From: Steroidobacteraceae bacterium
GTDB lineage: Bacteria > Pseudomonadota > Gammaproteobacteria > Steroidobacterales > Steroidobacteraceae
Direction of reading: 5' to 3'
DNA: 24,000 nucleotides
NCBI GenBank assembly: GCA_035504115.1
Contig: DATJSL010000030.1
Span: 19,864 to 43,863, forward strand
Shown here: piece by piece, positions 8,494-17,853 of the stretch
Layout: every line of letters begins with the position of its first letter
Position numbering within the stretch: the stretch's first letter is position 1
Notes under the pieces: generated by a model
Database searches by the model: none
What the model saw: the letters and a program-made list of their open reading frames with translations, nothing else
Told to the model about the DNA's origin: nothing
Position numbers and translations under genes: made by a program

Positions 8494-9786
8494 ATGAGCA
8501 CGAAATACGAGCTGAAGAACCTTTCCACCGGCAAGACCGCCGAGCTGCCGGCGCGCTCCGGCACGCTCGGCCCGGATTGTCTCGATATCTCGCATCTCAC
8601 TCGCGACCTCGGCGTGTTCACGTTCGATCCGGGCTTCATGGCCACGGCCAGCACGGAAAGCAAGATCACCTACATCGACGGCGATGCCGGCGTGCTGCTC
8701 TACCGCGGCTACCCGGTCGAGCAACTGGCCGAGAAGTCGAGCTTCCTCGAGGTCGCACACCTGCTCATCTACGGCATCCTCCCGGACAAGGCGCAGCTCA
8801 GCTCCTTCACCACATCGATCACGCGGCACACCATGGTGAACGAGCAGCTGCTGAGCTTTTTCGAGGGCTTCCATCACGACGCCCACCCGATGGCCATGGT
8901 CTCGGCCGTGGTGGCTTCGATGGCCGCCTTCTATCACGACACCACCGACATCGCCGACCCGCGCCACCGCGAGATCTTCGCTCATCGCATCGTCGCAAAG
9001 CTCCCGACGATCGCCGCGGCGGCCTACAAGCACACTCTCGGCCAGCCTTTCGTCTATCCGCGCAATGATCTGCGCTATTGCGCCAACATGCTCAACATGT
9101 TCTTCGCGGTGCCGTGCGAGCCCTACGCGATCGACCCGGTGGCGGCGGAAGCCATCGACCTGCTCTTCATCCTGCACGCCGATCACGAGCAAAATGCAAG
9201 CACATCGACCGTGCGCCTGGCCGGCAGCACCGGCGCCAACCCGTACGCCGCCATCTCATCGGGCGTATCCGCCCTCTGGGGGCCCGCGCACGGCGGTGCG
9301 AATGAGGCCGTGCTCAACATGCTCGATGGCATCGGGTCGGCCGCTCACATCGACAAGTTCCTGGCCCGTGTGAAGGACAAGTCCGACAGCGTGCGGCTCA
9401 TGGGCTTCGGCCACCGCGTCTACAAGAACTTCGACCCGCGCGCCAAGATCATCCGCGAGATGTGCTATCGGGTGCTCGAGAAGCTCGGCAAGGGCAACAA
9501 CCCCCTGTTCGATCTGGCGCTCAAGCTCGAGGAGATCGCGCTCAAGGACGAGTATTTCGTTTCGCGCAAGCTCTATCCCAACGTCGACTTCTATTCGGGC
9601 ATCATCTACAGCGCCCTCGGCATTCCACGCTCCATGTTCACGGTCTTGTTCGCGATTGCGCGCACCGCCGGCTGGGTCGCGCACTGGCAGGAAATGGTGT
9701 CCGACCCGCACATGCGGATCGGACGGCCGCGCCAGCTCTACACCGGCCCCACTCAGAGGGACTACCGCTCGATCGACAAGCGCTGA
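8494..9786 (+). CDS. gltA: Citrate synthase, type II (hexameric Gram-negative type)
   Basis: 430-aa ORF with [43 protein letters not shown] and [14 protein letters not shown], all hallmark GltA motifs. Confidence 0.95.
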   Translation: MSTKYELKNLSTGKTAELPARSGTLGPDCLDISHLTRDLGVFTFDPGFMATASTESKITYIDGDAGVLLYRGYPVEQLAEKSSFLEVAHLLIYGILPDKAQLSSFTTSITRHTMVNEQLLSFFEGFHHDAHPMAMVSAVVASMAAFYHDTTDIADPRHREIFAHRIVAKLPTIAAAAYKHTLGQPFVYPRNDLRYCANMLNMFFAVPCEPYAIDPVAAEAIDLLFILHADHEQNASTSTVRLAGSTGANPYAAISSGVSALWGPAHGGANEAVLNMLDGIGSAAHIDKFLARVKDKSDSVRLMGFGHRVYKNFDPRAKIIREMCYRVLEKLGKGNNPLFDLALKLEEIALKDEYFVSRKLYPNVDFYSGIIYSALGIPRSMFTVLFAIARTAGWVAHWQEMVSDPHMRIGRPRQLYTGPTQRDYRSIDKR

Positions 9787-9789
9787 ACG

Positions 9790-11502
9790 ATGCCGGCGAC
9801 CGTCACGCACCGTTCGCTCGCAGCCCTCGCCGCCGCCTCATTGCTGCTGTGCGCGCGCCTCGCAGCGGCGGCGCAGACGGCTCCGAGCGGCGCGGTCCCC
9901 GACGCGGCCGGCTCGGGGGCTGCGGCCGGCTCGGGGGCTGCGGCCGGCTCGGCCGCGGCGCCGGGCGAGCACACGCTGTGTTCGGAGCCTGACACCCGCG
10001 TCGCGCTCGGCAGCGCGCAATGGAACGGCTGGGGGCGGGGCCCGGACAACACGCGTTATCAGCCGGAGCCTGCGATCCGCGCCATGGATGTGCCGAAGCT
10101 CGCGCTGCGCTGGGCGTTCGGCTATTCAGGCGGTGCGGCGGCCGGACAGCCCACCGTCGTCGACGGCCGATTGTTCGTGGCGAGCGCCAGCGGCCGCGTG
10201 TATTCGCTGGATGCGAAAACCGGCTGCACCTACTGGACCTTCGATGCCCAGGCCGGGGTGCACACCGCCGTCTCGATCGCGGAGCTCGCGCCCCGCAAGA
10301 GTCCGCCGAAGATGCCGAAGGCGTCGAAGCGCAGGCGCGGCAGGCATCAGTTGATCGATGCGCACCTGGAGATGCCGAAGGCACCGAGCGCGGCCTTCTT
10401 CGGCGACGACAAGGGGGCCGTCTATGCGCTCGATGCCCAGACGGGCGCGCTCTTGTGGAAGACGCAGATCGACGAGCACCCGCTCGCGCGCATCGAGGGC
10501 TCACCCACGATCTATCTCGACCGGGTGTACGTCGGCGTCGGCTCGAGCGAGCCCGAGTCTGCCGCCGCGCCGGGCTACGCTTGCTGCTCGTTTCGCGGCA
10601 GCGTCGCGGCGCTCGACATCGTCAGCGGACACATCGAGTGGAAGACCTATCTGGTGAGCGGGGACCCCCAGCCGCTCGAGTCTGCCGCCGGGCCGCGATT
10701 TGGACCGGCCGGCGCCGCCATCGCGGATGCGCCCACGGTGGACGCGGCACGCGGCGTGGTCTATGTCGGAACGGGCGAGACATTCAATCCGAAGGCGCAG
10801 CCCCTGGCCGACGCCGTGGTCGCCCTCGATCTCACCGACGGCAAGCTGCGCTGGGCCAAGCAGCTCGCCGACGCCGGCGGCGAATCCTCGCCCATCGATG
10901 CTTCGCCGATCCTGCGCGCGATCGGCCCCGGCAAGCAGTCGCTTCTGGTCGGCGAGCGCTCCGGCGCGGTGTACGCCCTCGATCCCGACCGGGCGGGCGA
11001 GATCTTGTGGCAGATCAAGGGCCCGGGCGATGCCGCCGGCGGCGTCGCCTGGGGCGCGGCCGCGGATCATCGCAGCGTATTCGTGGCCCTCTCCGGCCTC
11101 GACGCCGAGCCGCCCAACCCTACCGGGAGCTTGACGGCGATCGACGTCAGGACGGGCGCGCGGCGCTGGCTGACCGCGGCACCGGATCCCGCGTGCAGCT
11201 GGGGTCGCGATCCGGCGTGCGTTCATGGACAGGCCCAGGCGGTCACGGTGATTCCCGGAGCCGCCTTCTGCGGCTCGCTGGACGGCCACTTGCGCGCGTA
11301 CTCGACTCTCGACGGCAAGGTTCTGTGGGATTACGACACCGCCAAGGATTTCACGACCGTGAATCACGTCAAGGCGGCCGGCGGCTCGCTCGATCGCGGC
11401 GGTCCCACGATCGTGAACGGCATGGTTTACCTCAATTCAGGCTCGGGTGGCCGGGGCCGAGCGGGCAACGTGCTGCTCGCCTTCTCGGTCGACGGCAAAT
11501 AG
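9790..11502 (+). CDS. Secreted PQQ-like beta-propeller repeat protein (quinoprotein / PVA-dehydrogenase-like, no cytochrome c domain seen)
   Basis: It has a signal-peptide-like N-terminus (LAALAAASLLLCARLAAAAQ). Propeller-blade motifs recur (GRVYSLDAKTGCTYW, GAVYALDAQTGALLW, VVALDLTDGKLRW, LTAIDVRTGARRW, LRAYSTLDGKVLW). A vicinal Cys-Cys is present (GYACCSF). No CxxCH heme motif is present. It starts 3 nt after the gltA stop. Confidence 0.75.
   Translation: MPATVTHRSLAALAAASLLLCARLAAAAQTAPSGAVPDAAGSGAAAGSGAAAGSAAAPGEHTLCSEPDTRVALGSAQWNGWGRGPDNTRYQPEPAIRAMDVPKLALRWAFGYSGGAAAGQPTVVDGRLFVASASGRVYSLDAKTGCTYWTFDAQAGVHTAVSIAELAPRKSPPKMPKASKRRRGRHQLIDAHLEMPKAPSAAFFGDDKGAVYALDAQTGALLWKTQIDEHPLARIEGSPTIYLDRVYVGVGSSEPESAAAPGYACCSFRGSVAALDIVSGHIEWKTYLVSGDPQPLESAAGPRFGPAGAAIADAPTVDAARGVVYVGTGETFNPKAQPLADAVVALDLTDGKLRWAKQLADAGGESSPIDASPILRAIGPGKQSLLVGERSGAVYALDPDRAGEILWQIKGPGDAAGGVAWGAAADHRSVFVALSGLDAEPPNPTGSLTAIDVRTGARRWLTAAPDPACSWGRDPACVHGQAQAVTVIPGAAFCGSLDGHLRAYSTLDGKVLWDYDTAKDFTTVNHVKAAGGSLDRGGPTIVNGMVYLNSGSGGRGRAGNVLLAFSVDGK
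9904..9952 (+). repeat. 18-bp tandem repeat GCGGCCGGCTCGGGGGCT, about 2.7 copies, encoding (AAGSGA)n after the signal peptide
   Basis: Read directly: 9904-9921 and 9922-9939 are identical, and a partial third copy spans 9940-9952. Confidence 0.85.
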
Positions 11503-11510
11503 GACAATAG

Positions 11511-13062
<1,552 letters not shown>

Positions 13063-13064
<2 letters not shown>

Positions 13065-13109
13065 GCGCAAGGCGCTCGCCCGGGCGGCGGCCGGCGCAGC
13101 GCGCTGCGC
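13063..13109. terminator. GC-rich palindromes between the convergent protease and bioA genes (candidate bidirectional terminator)
   Basis: GAGCGC-aag-GCGCTC (13063-13077) and GCGCAGC-gc-GCTGCGC (13094-13109). No U-tract follows, hence the low confidence. Confidence 0.3.
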
Positions 13110-13116
13110 GCGCGCC

Positions 13117-14370
13117 TCAGCCGAGCGTCTCGGCTGCGCTGCGTATCGCCCCGTACACCCGGTCGAGATCTTCCTCCGTGACGCAGTAGGGCGGCAGCAC
13201 GTAGATGGTGTTGCCCAGCGGCCGCAGCAGCACCTCGCCCGCCCGCCAGGAGGCGGTGAGCCGCGGTCCGACGGCAGCCAGATACCCGCGATCGGCCGTC
13301 TTCAGGTCCATCGCCACGATGGTCCCCGTCTGGCGCAGGTGCTCGAAGCGCTCATCGCCGCGCAGGCGCTCGAGCTGTGCGGACTGCAGGCGCACGAGAA
13401 CGGCGATGCGCTCGCGCACCGGCTCGGACTCCCACACCTCGAGATTGGCGAGCGCCGCCGCGCAGGCGATCGGGTTCGCGGTGAACGAGCTCGAATGGAA
13501 GAAGGTGCGACGCCGGTCCTCGGCATAGTGGGCCGCGAAGATCTCGGGGCGGCAGAGCGTCACGGCGAGGGGCAGCGCGCCACCGGTGAGCCCCTTGGAA
13601 TAGCATGCGATGTCCGGCGCGACGCCGGCCTGCTCGCAGGCGAATAAAGTGCCGGTCCTGCCCCAGCCCGTCATCACCTCATCGGCGATGAACAGCACGC
13701 CGTGACGCGCGCAGATGGCGCGCATGTCGGCGAGGAGCGAAGCGGGATACATGAGCATGCCGCCCGCGCCGAGCACGAGGGGCTCGATCAGCAGCGCAGC
13801 GGCCTCGCCGGTGCGGCAGTGGGCCTCGAGCGCCTCGAGCGTCGCACTCTCCCGGCCGGGCGCCGGAAAGGGAATGCGCGCCACCTCGAAGAGCAGCCGT
13901 TCGTACGCTTCGGTGAAGGCGCCGCGCTCGCCGACCGACATCGCGCCCACGGTATCGCCGTGGTAGCTGTGCTGCATCACGATGATACGGTGCCGGGGCT
14001 CGCCGCCGTGCCGCCAGTAACCGAGCGCCATCTTCAGCGCGACCTCGACGCTGGTCGATCCGCTGTCGGAGAAGAACACGTGCGCAAGACCCGGGGGCGC
14101 AACGGCGAGGAGCTTCTCGGCCAGCCGCTCCGCGGGCTCGTGGCTGTACTCGGCGAAGATGACCTGATCGAGCGTCTCGGCGGCCGTACGGATGGCGGCG
14201 ACGATGCGCGGATGCCGGTGCCCGTGGGTGATGACCCACCACGAGGAGATGGCGTCGATGATGCGCCGGCCGTCGGCGGTGATCAGGTAGGCACCCTCGG
14301 TGCGCAGCACTTTGGGAAAATCCGCGCGCAGCGCATGCTGCGTGAACGGGTGCCAGATGATCGAGCTCAC
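13117..14370 (-). CDS. bioA: Adenosylmethionine-8-amino-7-oxononanoate aminotransferase
   Basis: GTG at 14370..14368 gives [12 protein letters not shown]...[13 protein letters not shown]...[12 protein letters not shown] (PLP lysine context), 417 aa. The GTG overlaps the bioD TGA (GTGA). The track ORF continues to 15159 only because the frame stays open through bioD. Confidence 0.92.
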   Translation of the reverse strand: MSSIIWHPFTQHALRADFPKVLRTEGAYLITADGRRIIDAISSWWVITHGHRHPRIVAAIRTAAETLDQVIFAEYSHEPAERLAEKLLAVAPPGLAHVFFSDSGSTSVEVALKMALGYWRHGGEPRHRIIVMQHSYHGDTVGAMSVGERGAFTEAYERLLFEVARIPFPAPGRESATLEALEAHCRTGEAAALLIEPLVLGAGGMLMYPASLLADMRAICARHGVLFIADEVMTGWGRTGTLFACEQAGVAPDIACYSKGLTGGALPLAVTLCRPEIFAAHYAEDRRRTFFHSSSFTANPIACAAALANLEVWESEPVRERIAVLVRLQSAQLERLRGDERFEHLRQTGTIVAMDLKTADRGYLAAVGPRLTASWRAGEVLLRPLGNTIYVLPPYCVTEEDLDRVYGAIRSAAETLG

Positions 14371-15107
14371 GGCGCGCCGGTCCCCGCCGCCCCCGCCGTG
14401 GCGCCCGTGGCCGCCCCCGCCGCCGCGGCGCCTGTGGCCGCCCCCGCCGCCGTGGCCCCTGTGGCCGCCGTCGCCGCGGGGTCGAGGAATTGCTCGCGGG
14501 CAAACGCTTGCGCGAAGGCCGCCGCGAGCGTGCCCGGTGTCAGCGGATCGAGATACGGCAAGCGGCCGAGCACCGGGACATCCCCGAGCGCGCCGATGAT
14601 GCGCTCGTTGTCCGCATGCGCATCGCCGATGAAGGCGATGCCGAGGAGGGGAATCGCCCGGCTGCGCAGCGCCTCGATCGACAGCAGCGTGTGGTTGATG
14701 GTTCCGAGCCGGGTCCGCGCGCACAGCACGACCGGCGCGCCCCAGCGCCGAAAGAGATCGACGAGGAGCATGTGCCGCGTGAGCGGCACCAAAAGGCCGC
14801 CCGCTCCCTCGACGATCAGCGTGCGGCCCGCCGCCGGCAGGGTGAGCCGCGCCGCATCGATCGCGACGCCGTCGATCTCGGCGGCGAGGTGCGGCGAGGC
14901 CGGGGTGCGCAACCGCCAGGCTTCCGGCAGGATGCGCTCGGCGGGCAGCTCCGCGAGGCGCTGCACCAGCGCCGAGTCGGTCTCCCCGGCGAGTCCGGAC
15001 TGCACCGGCTTCCAGTACGCGCCCTGCACAAGCCGCGTGAGGCCGGCGCAAAACACCGTCTTGCCGACGTCCGTATCGGTGCCTGTGACGATGATGCTCG
15101 CGCTCAT
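14367..15107 (-). CDS. bioD: Dethiobiotin synthetase with an unusual ~40-aa low-complexity C-terminal tail
   Basis: It begins [23 protein letters not shown] (P-loop GTDTxVGKT as in E. coli BioD), followed by [11 protein letters not shown] 15107 overlaps the bioF stop (ATGA). Confidence 0.9.
   Translation of the reverse strand: MSASIIVTGTDTDVGKTVFCAGLTRLVQGAYWKPVQSGLAGETDSALVQRLAELPAERILPEAWRLRTPASPHLAAEIDGVAIDAARLTLPAAGRTLIVEGAGGLLVPLTRHMLLVDLFRRWGAPVVLCARTRLGTINHTLLSIEALRSRAIPLLGIAFIGDAHADNERIIGALGDVPVLGRLPYLDPLTPGTLAAAFAQAFAREQFLDPAATAATGATAAGAATGAAAAGAATGATAGAAGTGAP
14379..14484 (-). repeat. Degenerate 27-bp tandem repeat, about 4 copies, encoding the Ala/Thr/Gly tail of BioD
   Basis: Plus-strand units CCCGTGGCCGCCCCCGCCGCCGCGGCG (14404-14430), CCTGTGGCCGCCCCCGCCGCCGTGGCC (14431-14457) and CCTGTGGCCGCCGTCGCCGCGGGGTCG (14458-14484), plus a partial copy at 14379-14403. 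On the minus strand they translate to [37 protein letters not shown]. Confidence 0.8.
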
Positions 15108-16246
15108 GGCGCGAGCAGCTCGGCGAGAGCGCCGAACAAGGCGTCGATCGCGGCCTCATCGACGTTCAGGGTCACCGAGATCCTGAGGCGCGCGGTGCCT
15201 TCGGGCACCGTCGGCGGGCGTACCGCGCGCACGTCGAACCCGCGCTCGCGCAGGGCGGTGGCGAGCGCGAGTGCGCGGCCATCCTCGCCCACGATCACCG
15301 GCAGGATCTGCGAGCCGCTCGGGTGCGCCGCGCCGCGCGCGCGCGCCGCCCGGGAGGCGGCGCCGACCAGATGCGCGAGCCGCCGGCGCCGCTCGGGCTC
15401 CTCCTTCAGGATGTCGAGCGCCTCGAGCGCGGCCGCGGCCATCAGCGGCGAAGGCGCCGTCGAATAGATGAACGGGCGGCAGCGATTGATCAGAAACTCG
15501 CACAGCACGCGCGGACCCGCGACCAGCGCACCGGCGCCGCCCAGCGCCTTGCCGCAGGTGTGCAGCGTGAGCACGTTCTCGCGCCCTTCGAGCTCTGCCG
15601 CGAGACCGCGCCCGTCCATCCCGTACACGCCCGTGGCATGCGCCTCGTCGATGAACAGCATGGCGTCGTGCCGGTCGGCGAGCGCGATCAGCTCATCGAG
15701 GGGCGCGCGATCGCCGTCCATGCTGTACAGGCTCTCGACCGCCATCCACACGCGCCCGCGGGCGCCGCTCCCGCGAAAGTCCTGGATCGCTTTCTCGAAG
15801 GCGGCGGGGTCGTTGTGGGCGGCGCAGGTGAACTGCGCGCGCCCGGCGCGCGCGCCCTCGTGGGCGCTGGCGTGAACCAGGGCATCGAGCACGACCAGAT
15901 CGTCCCGTTGCGGCAAGGTCGACAGGACGGCGTAGTTCGCGAAATAGCCGCTGCCGAAAAAAAGCGTGCGCTCGGCGCGGAAGAACGCAGCCGCCTTCGC
16001 CTCGAGCGCCTCGTGCTCGGGGGCGTTGCCGCGCAGCAGCCTCGAGCCGCCCGCGCCCACCGGGGTGCCGCGGGCAAGCGCGCTGGTCACCGCGGCCTTG
16101 AGGCGCGCACACGCGGCGAGACCCAGATAATCGTTGGACGTGAAATCGAGCCCCACGCGCGGCGCGAGCGAGCGCTTGCGGCTCTGGTCGGTCAGGGCGT
16201 CGAGCGCCGCCTGATAAGGAGCGAGGCCCGAGGCCCTCAAGGCCAC
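15104..16246 (-). CDS. bioF: 8-amino-7-oxononanoate synthase
   Basis: Motifs [17 protein letters not shown] and HTCGKALG (PLP lysine). The start is GTG 16246, or TTG 16240 which forms a TTGA overlap with the bioB stop. The track ORF start at 16369 lies inside bioB and is rejected. Confidence 0.9.
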   Translation of the reverse strand: MALRASGLAPYQAALDALTDQSRKRSLAPRVGLDFTSNDYLGLAACARLKAAVTSALARGTPVGAGGSRLLRGNAPEHEALEAKAAAFFRAERTLFFGSGYFANYAVLSTLPQRDDLVVLDALVHASAHEGARAGRAQFTCAAHNDPAAFEKAIQDFRGSGARGRVWMAVESLYSMDGDRAPLDELIALADRHDAMLFIDEAHATGVYGMDGRGLAAELEGRENVLTLHTCGKALGGAGALVAGPRVLCEFLINRCRPFIYSTAPSPLMAAAALEALDILKEEPERRRRLAHLVGAASRAARARGAAHPSGSQILPVIVGEDGRALALATALRERGFDVRAVRPPTVPEGTARLRISVTLNVDEAAIDALFGALAELLAP

Positions 16247-17223
16247 GACGGTTCCAGCGGCTTCAATCCGAGGCGCCGGAACAGCGCGCCATCCTGATCC
16301 TCGCCCGGATTGCCCGCCGTGAGCAGCGTGTCGCCCACGAAGATCGAATTGGCGCCTGCGAAGAAGCACAGCGCTTGCAGCTCATCGCTCATCGCCGTGC
16401 GCCCCGCCGAGAGCCTCACCATGGAGGTCGGCATGAGGATGCGCGCCAGGGCGATGGTGCGCACGAACTCGATGGGGTCGAGCGGCGGCGCCTCGGCGAG
16501 CGGCGTGCCCGGGATGGGGATCAGCCGATTGATCGGCACGCTCTCGGGCGCAACGGGCAGGTTGGCGAGGGTCACCAGAAAGGACACCCGGTCGGCGGCG
16601 TCCTCGCCCATGCCGACGATACCGCCGCAGCACACCTTCATTCCCGAGTCGCGCACGTAACGCAGGGTCTTTAGCCGGTCGGTCCACGATCGGGTGGTCG
16701 CGACCTCGCCGTAATAGCGCTCCGACGTGTCGATGTTGTGGTTGTAGTAGTCCAGACCCGCCTCCTTCAGGCGCTGTGCGTCCTCGCGTCGCAGCATCCC
16801 GAGGGTCATGCAGGTCTCGAGCCCGAGCGATTTGACCGCGCCCACCATCTCGGTGAGGCGCTGCATGTCGCGCGGCTTCGGCGAGCGCCATGCCGCGCCC
16901 ATGCAGTAGCGCGTCGCGCCTGCATCCTTGGCCCTGCGCGCCTCGGCCACCACCTCGCCCACCTCCATGAGCTTGGTGGCCGCAAGGCCGGTCTGATGCC
17001 GCGCGGACTGGCTGCAGTAGCCGCAGTCCTCGGGGCATCCGCCCGTCTTGATGCTGAGCAGCTGGCTGCGCTGCACCGCGTTGGCATCGAAGTGCCGCCG
17101 GTGAATGGTATGGGCGCGAAACAGCAGATCCGCGAAGGGCGCCGCGTACAACGCCTGCGCTTCTTGCATCGACCAGGGCGTGCGCGGGCCGGACTCGGCC
17201 GGCGGGGTGCAGTCGGGACTCAT
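16237..17223 (-). CDS. bioB: Biotin synthase (radical SAM)
   Basis: 328-aa ORF with [17 protein letters not shown] (the CxxxCxxC motif) and MGAAWR. GGAGG overlaps the upstream TAG stop, 10 nt before the ATG. Confidence 0.95.
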   Translation of the reverse strand: MSPDCTPPAESGPRTPWSMQEAQALYAAPFADLLFRAHTIHRRHFDANAVQRSQLLSIKTGGCPEDCGYCSQSARHQTGLAATKLMEVGEVVAEARRAKDAGATRYCMGAAWRSPKPRDMQRLTEMVGAVKSLGLETCMTLGMLRREDAQRLKEAGLDYYNHNIDTSERYYGEVATTRSWTDRLKTLRYVRDSGMKVCCGGIVGMGEDAADRVSFLVTLANLPVAPESVPINRLIPIPGTPLAEAPPLDPIEFVRTIALARILMPTSMVRLSAGRTAMSDELQALCFFAGANSIFVGDTLLTAGNPGEDQDGALFRRLGLKPLEPSWP

Positions 17224-17237
17224 CGATCCTGGGCCTC

Positions 17238-17849
17238 CTAGTTCGCATCCACGAGATCGGATACCTCGCGCGCATCGGCGCGCTTCATCGGCCGGCCGTC
17301 GACCGGCGAATACGGCGATTGGCGGATGCCGTCGATGGGAAACACCGTCGCATCGACCGTGCGGCCGCTCGCCTCGAAGCGCAGCGCGGGATAGTTGATG
17401 CTGCGCTCGGCATCCATCTTGACGCGCCGCTCGTAGAACTGGTGCGGCACGCCGATCTCGAGCAGGCGTATCGCCACGGACTCGGAGCGGTCGGCGAACA
17501 AATGCAGATTGATGTCGCTGTAATTGGTCGCCGTGCCGGTGAGCACCGAGCCCACCAGCCGCGGCTGAAACTCCTCCAAAAGCCGCATGGTGTGCAGGGC
17601 GATACGCCGCTGCTCCTTCAAGGTGTGCCCGTGGGAGTCGCCGCCGAAGAGGCGCTGATGGGCGCGCAGCGCCGCCTCGATCTCCACGTTCGAGGGCAGC
17701 ACCGAGACCTCGTGCACCCCGAGCCGGTCGGCGGCCTTGCGCTTGGCCTGAAGAAAGTCCTCGATGCCATGCTCGGCCATGATGCGTGCGGCTTCCTGAG
17801 CGAGCGCCCGCCGCAGATCCTCGGCGCGCTGCGAATACTTCTTGGGCAT
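17238..17849 (-). CDS. Conserved-looking hypothetical protein with a minimal nucleotidyltransferase (Pol-beta superfamily)-like motif
   Basis: The ORF has genome-typical GC3-rich codons. [21 protein letters not shown] resembles the hG[GS]x9-13[DE]h[DE]h NTase signature, but with DxN in place of DxD. The preferred start is ATG 17849 ([12 protein letters not shown]), 5 nt after the mrcA stop. The alternative ATG 17879 overlaps mrcA by 26 nt. No clear SD precedes either start. Confidence 0.55.
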   Translation of the reverse strand: MPKKYSQRAEDLRRALAQEAARIMAEHGIEDFLQAKRKAADRLGVHEVSVLPSNVEIEAALRAHQRLFGGDSHGHTLKEQRRIALHTMRLLEEFQPRLVGSVLTGTATNYSDINLHLFADRSESVAIRLLEIGVPHQFYERRVKMDAERSINYPALRFEASGRTVDATVFPIDGIRQSPYSPVDGRPMKRADAREVSDLVDAN

Positions 17850-17853
17850 ATGT

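Noticed and set aside
14379-14484. GC-rich tandem repeats here and at 9904-9952, considered as a possible CRISPR or VNTR array.
   Set aside because: The units are contiguous with no spacers. They are short (18 or 27 bp), lie in-frame inside coding sequence and encode low-complexity linkers. They are not CRISPR arrays.
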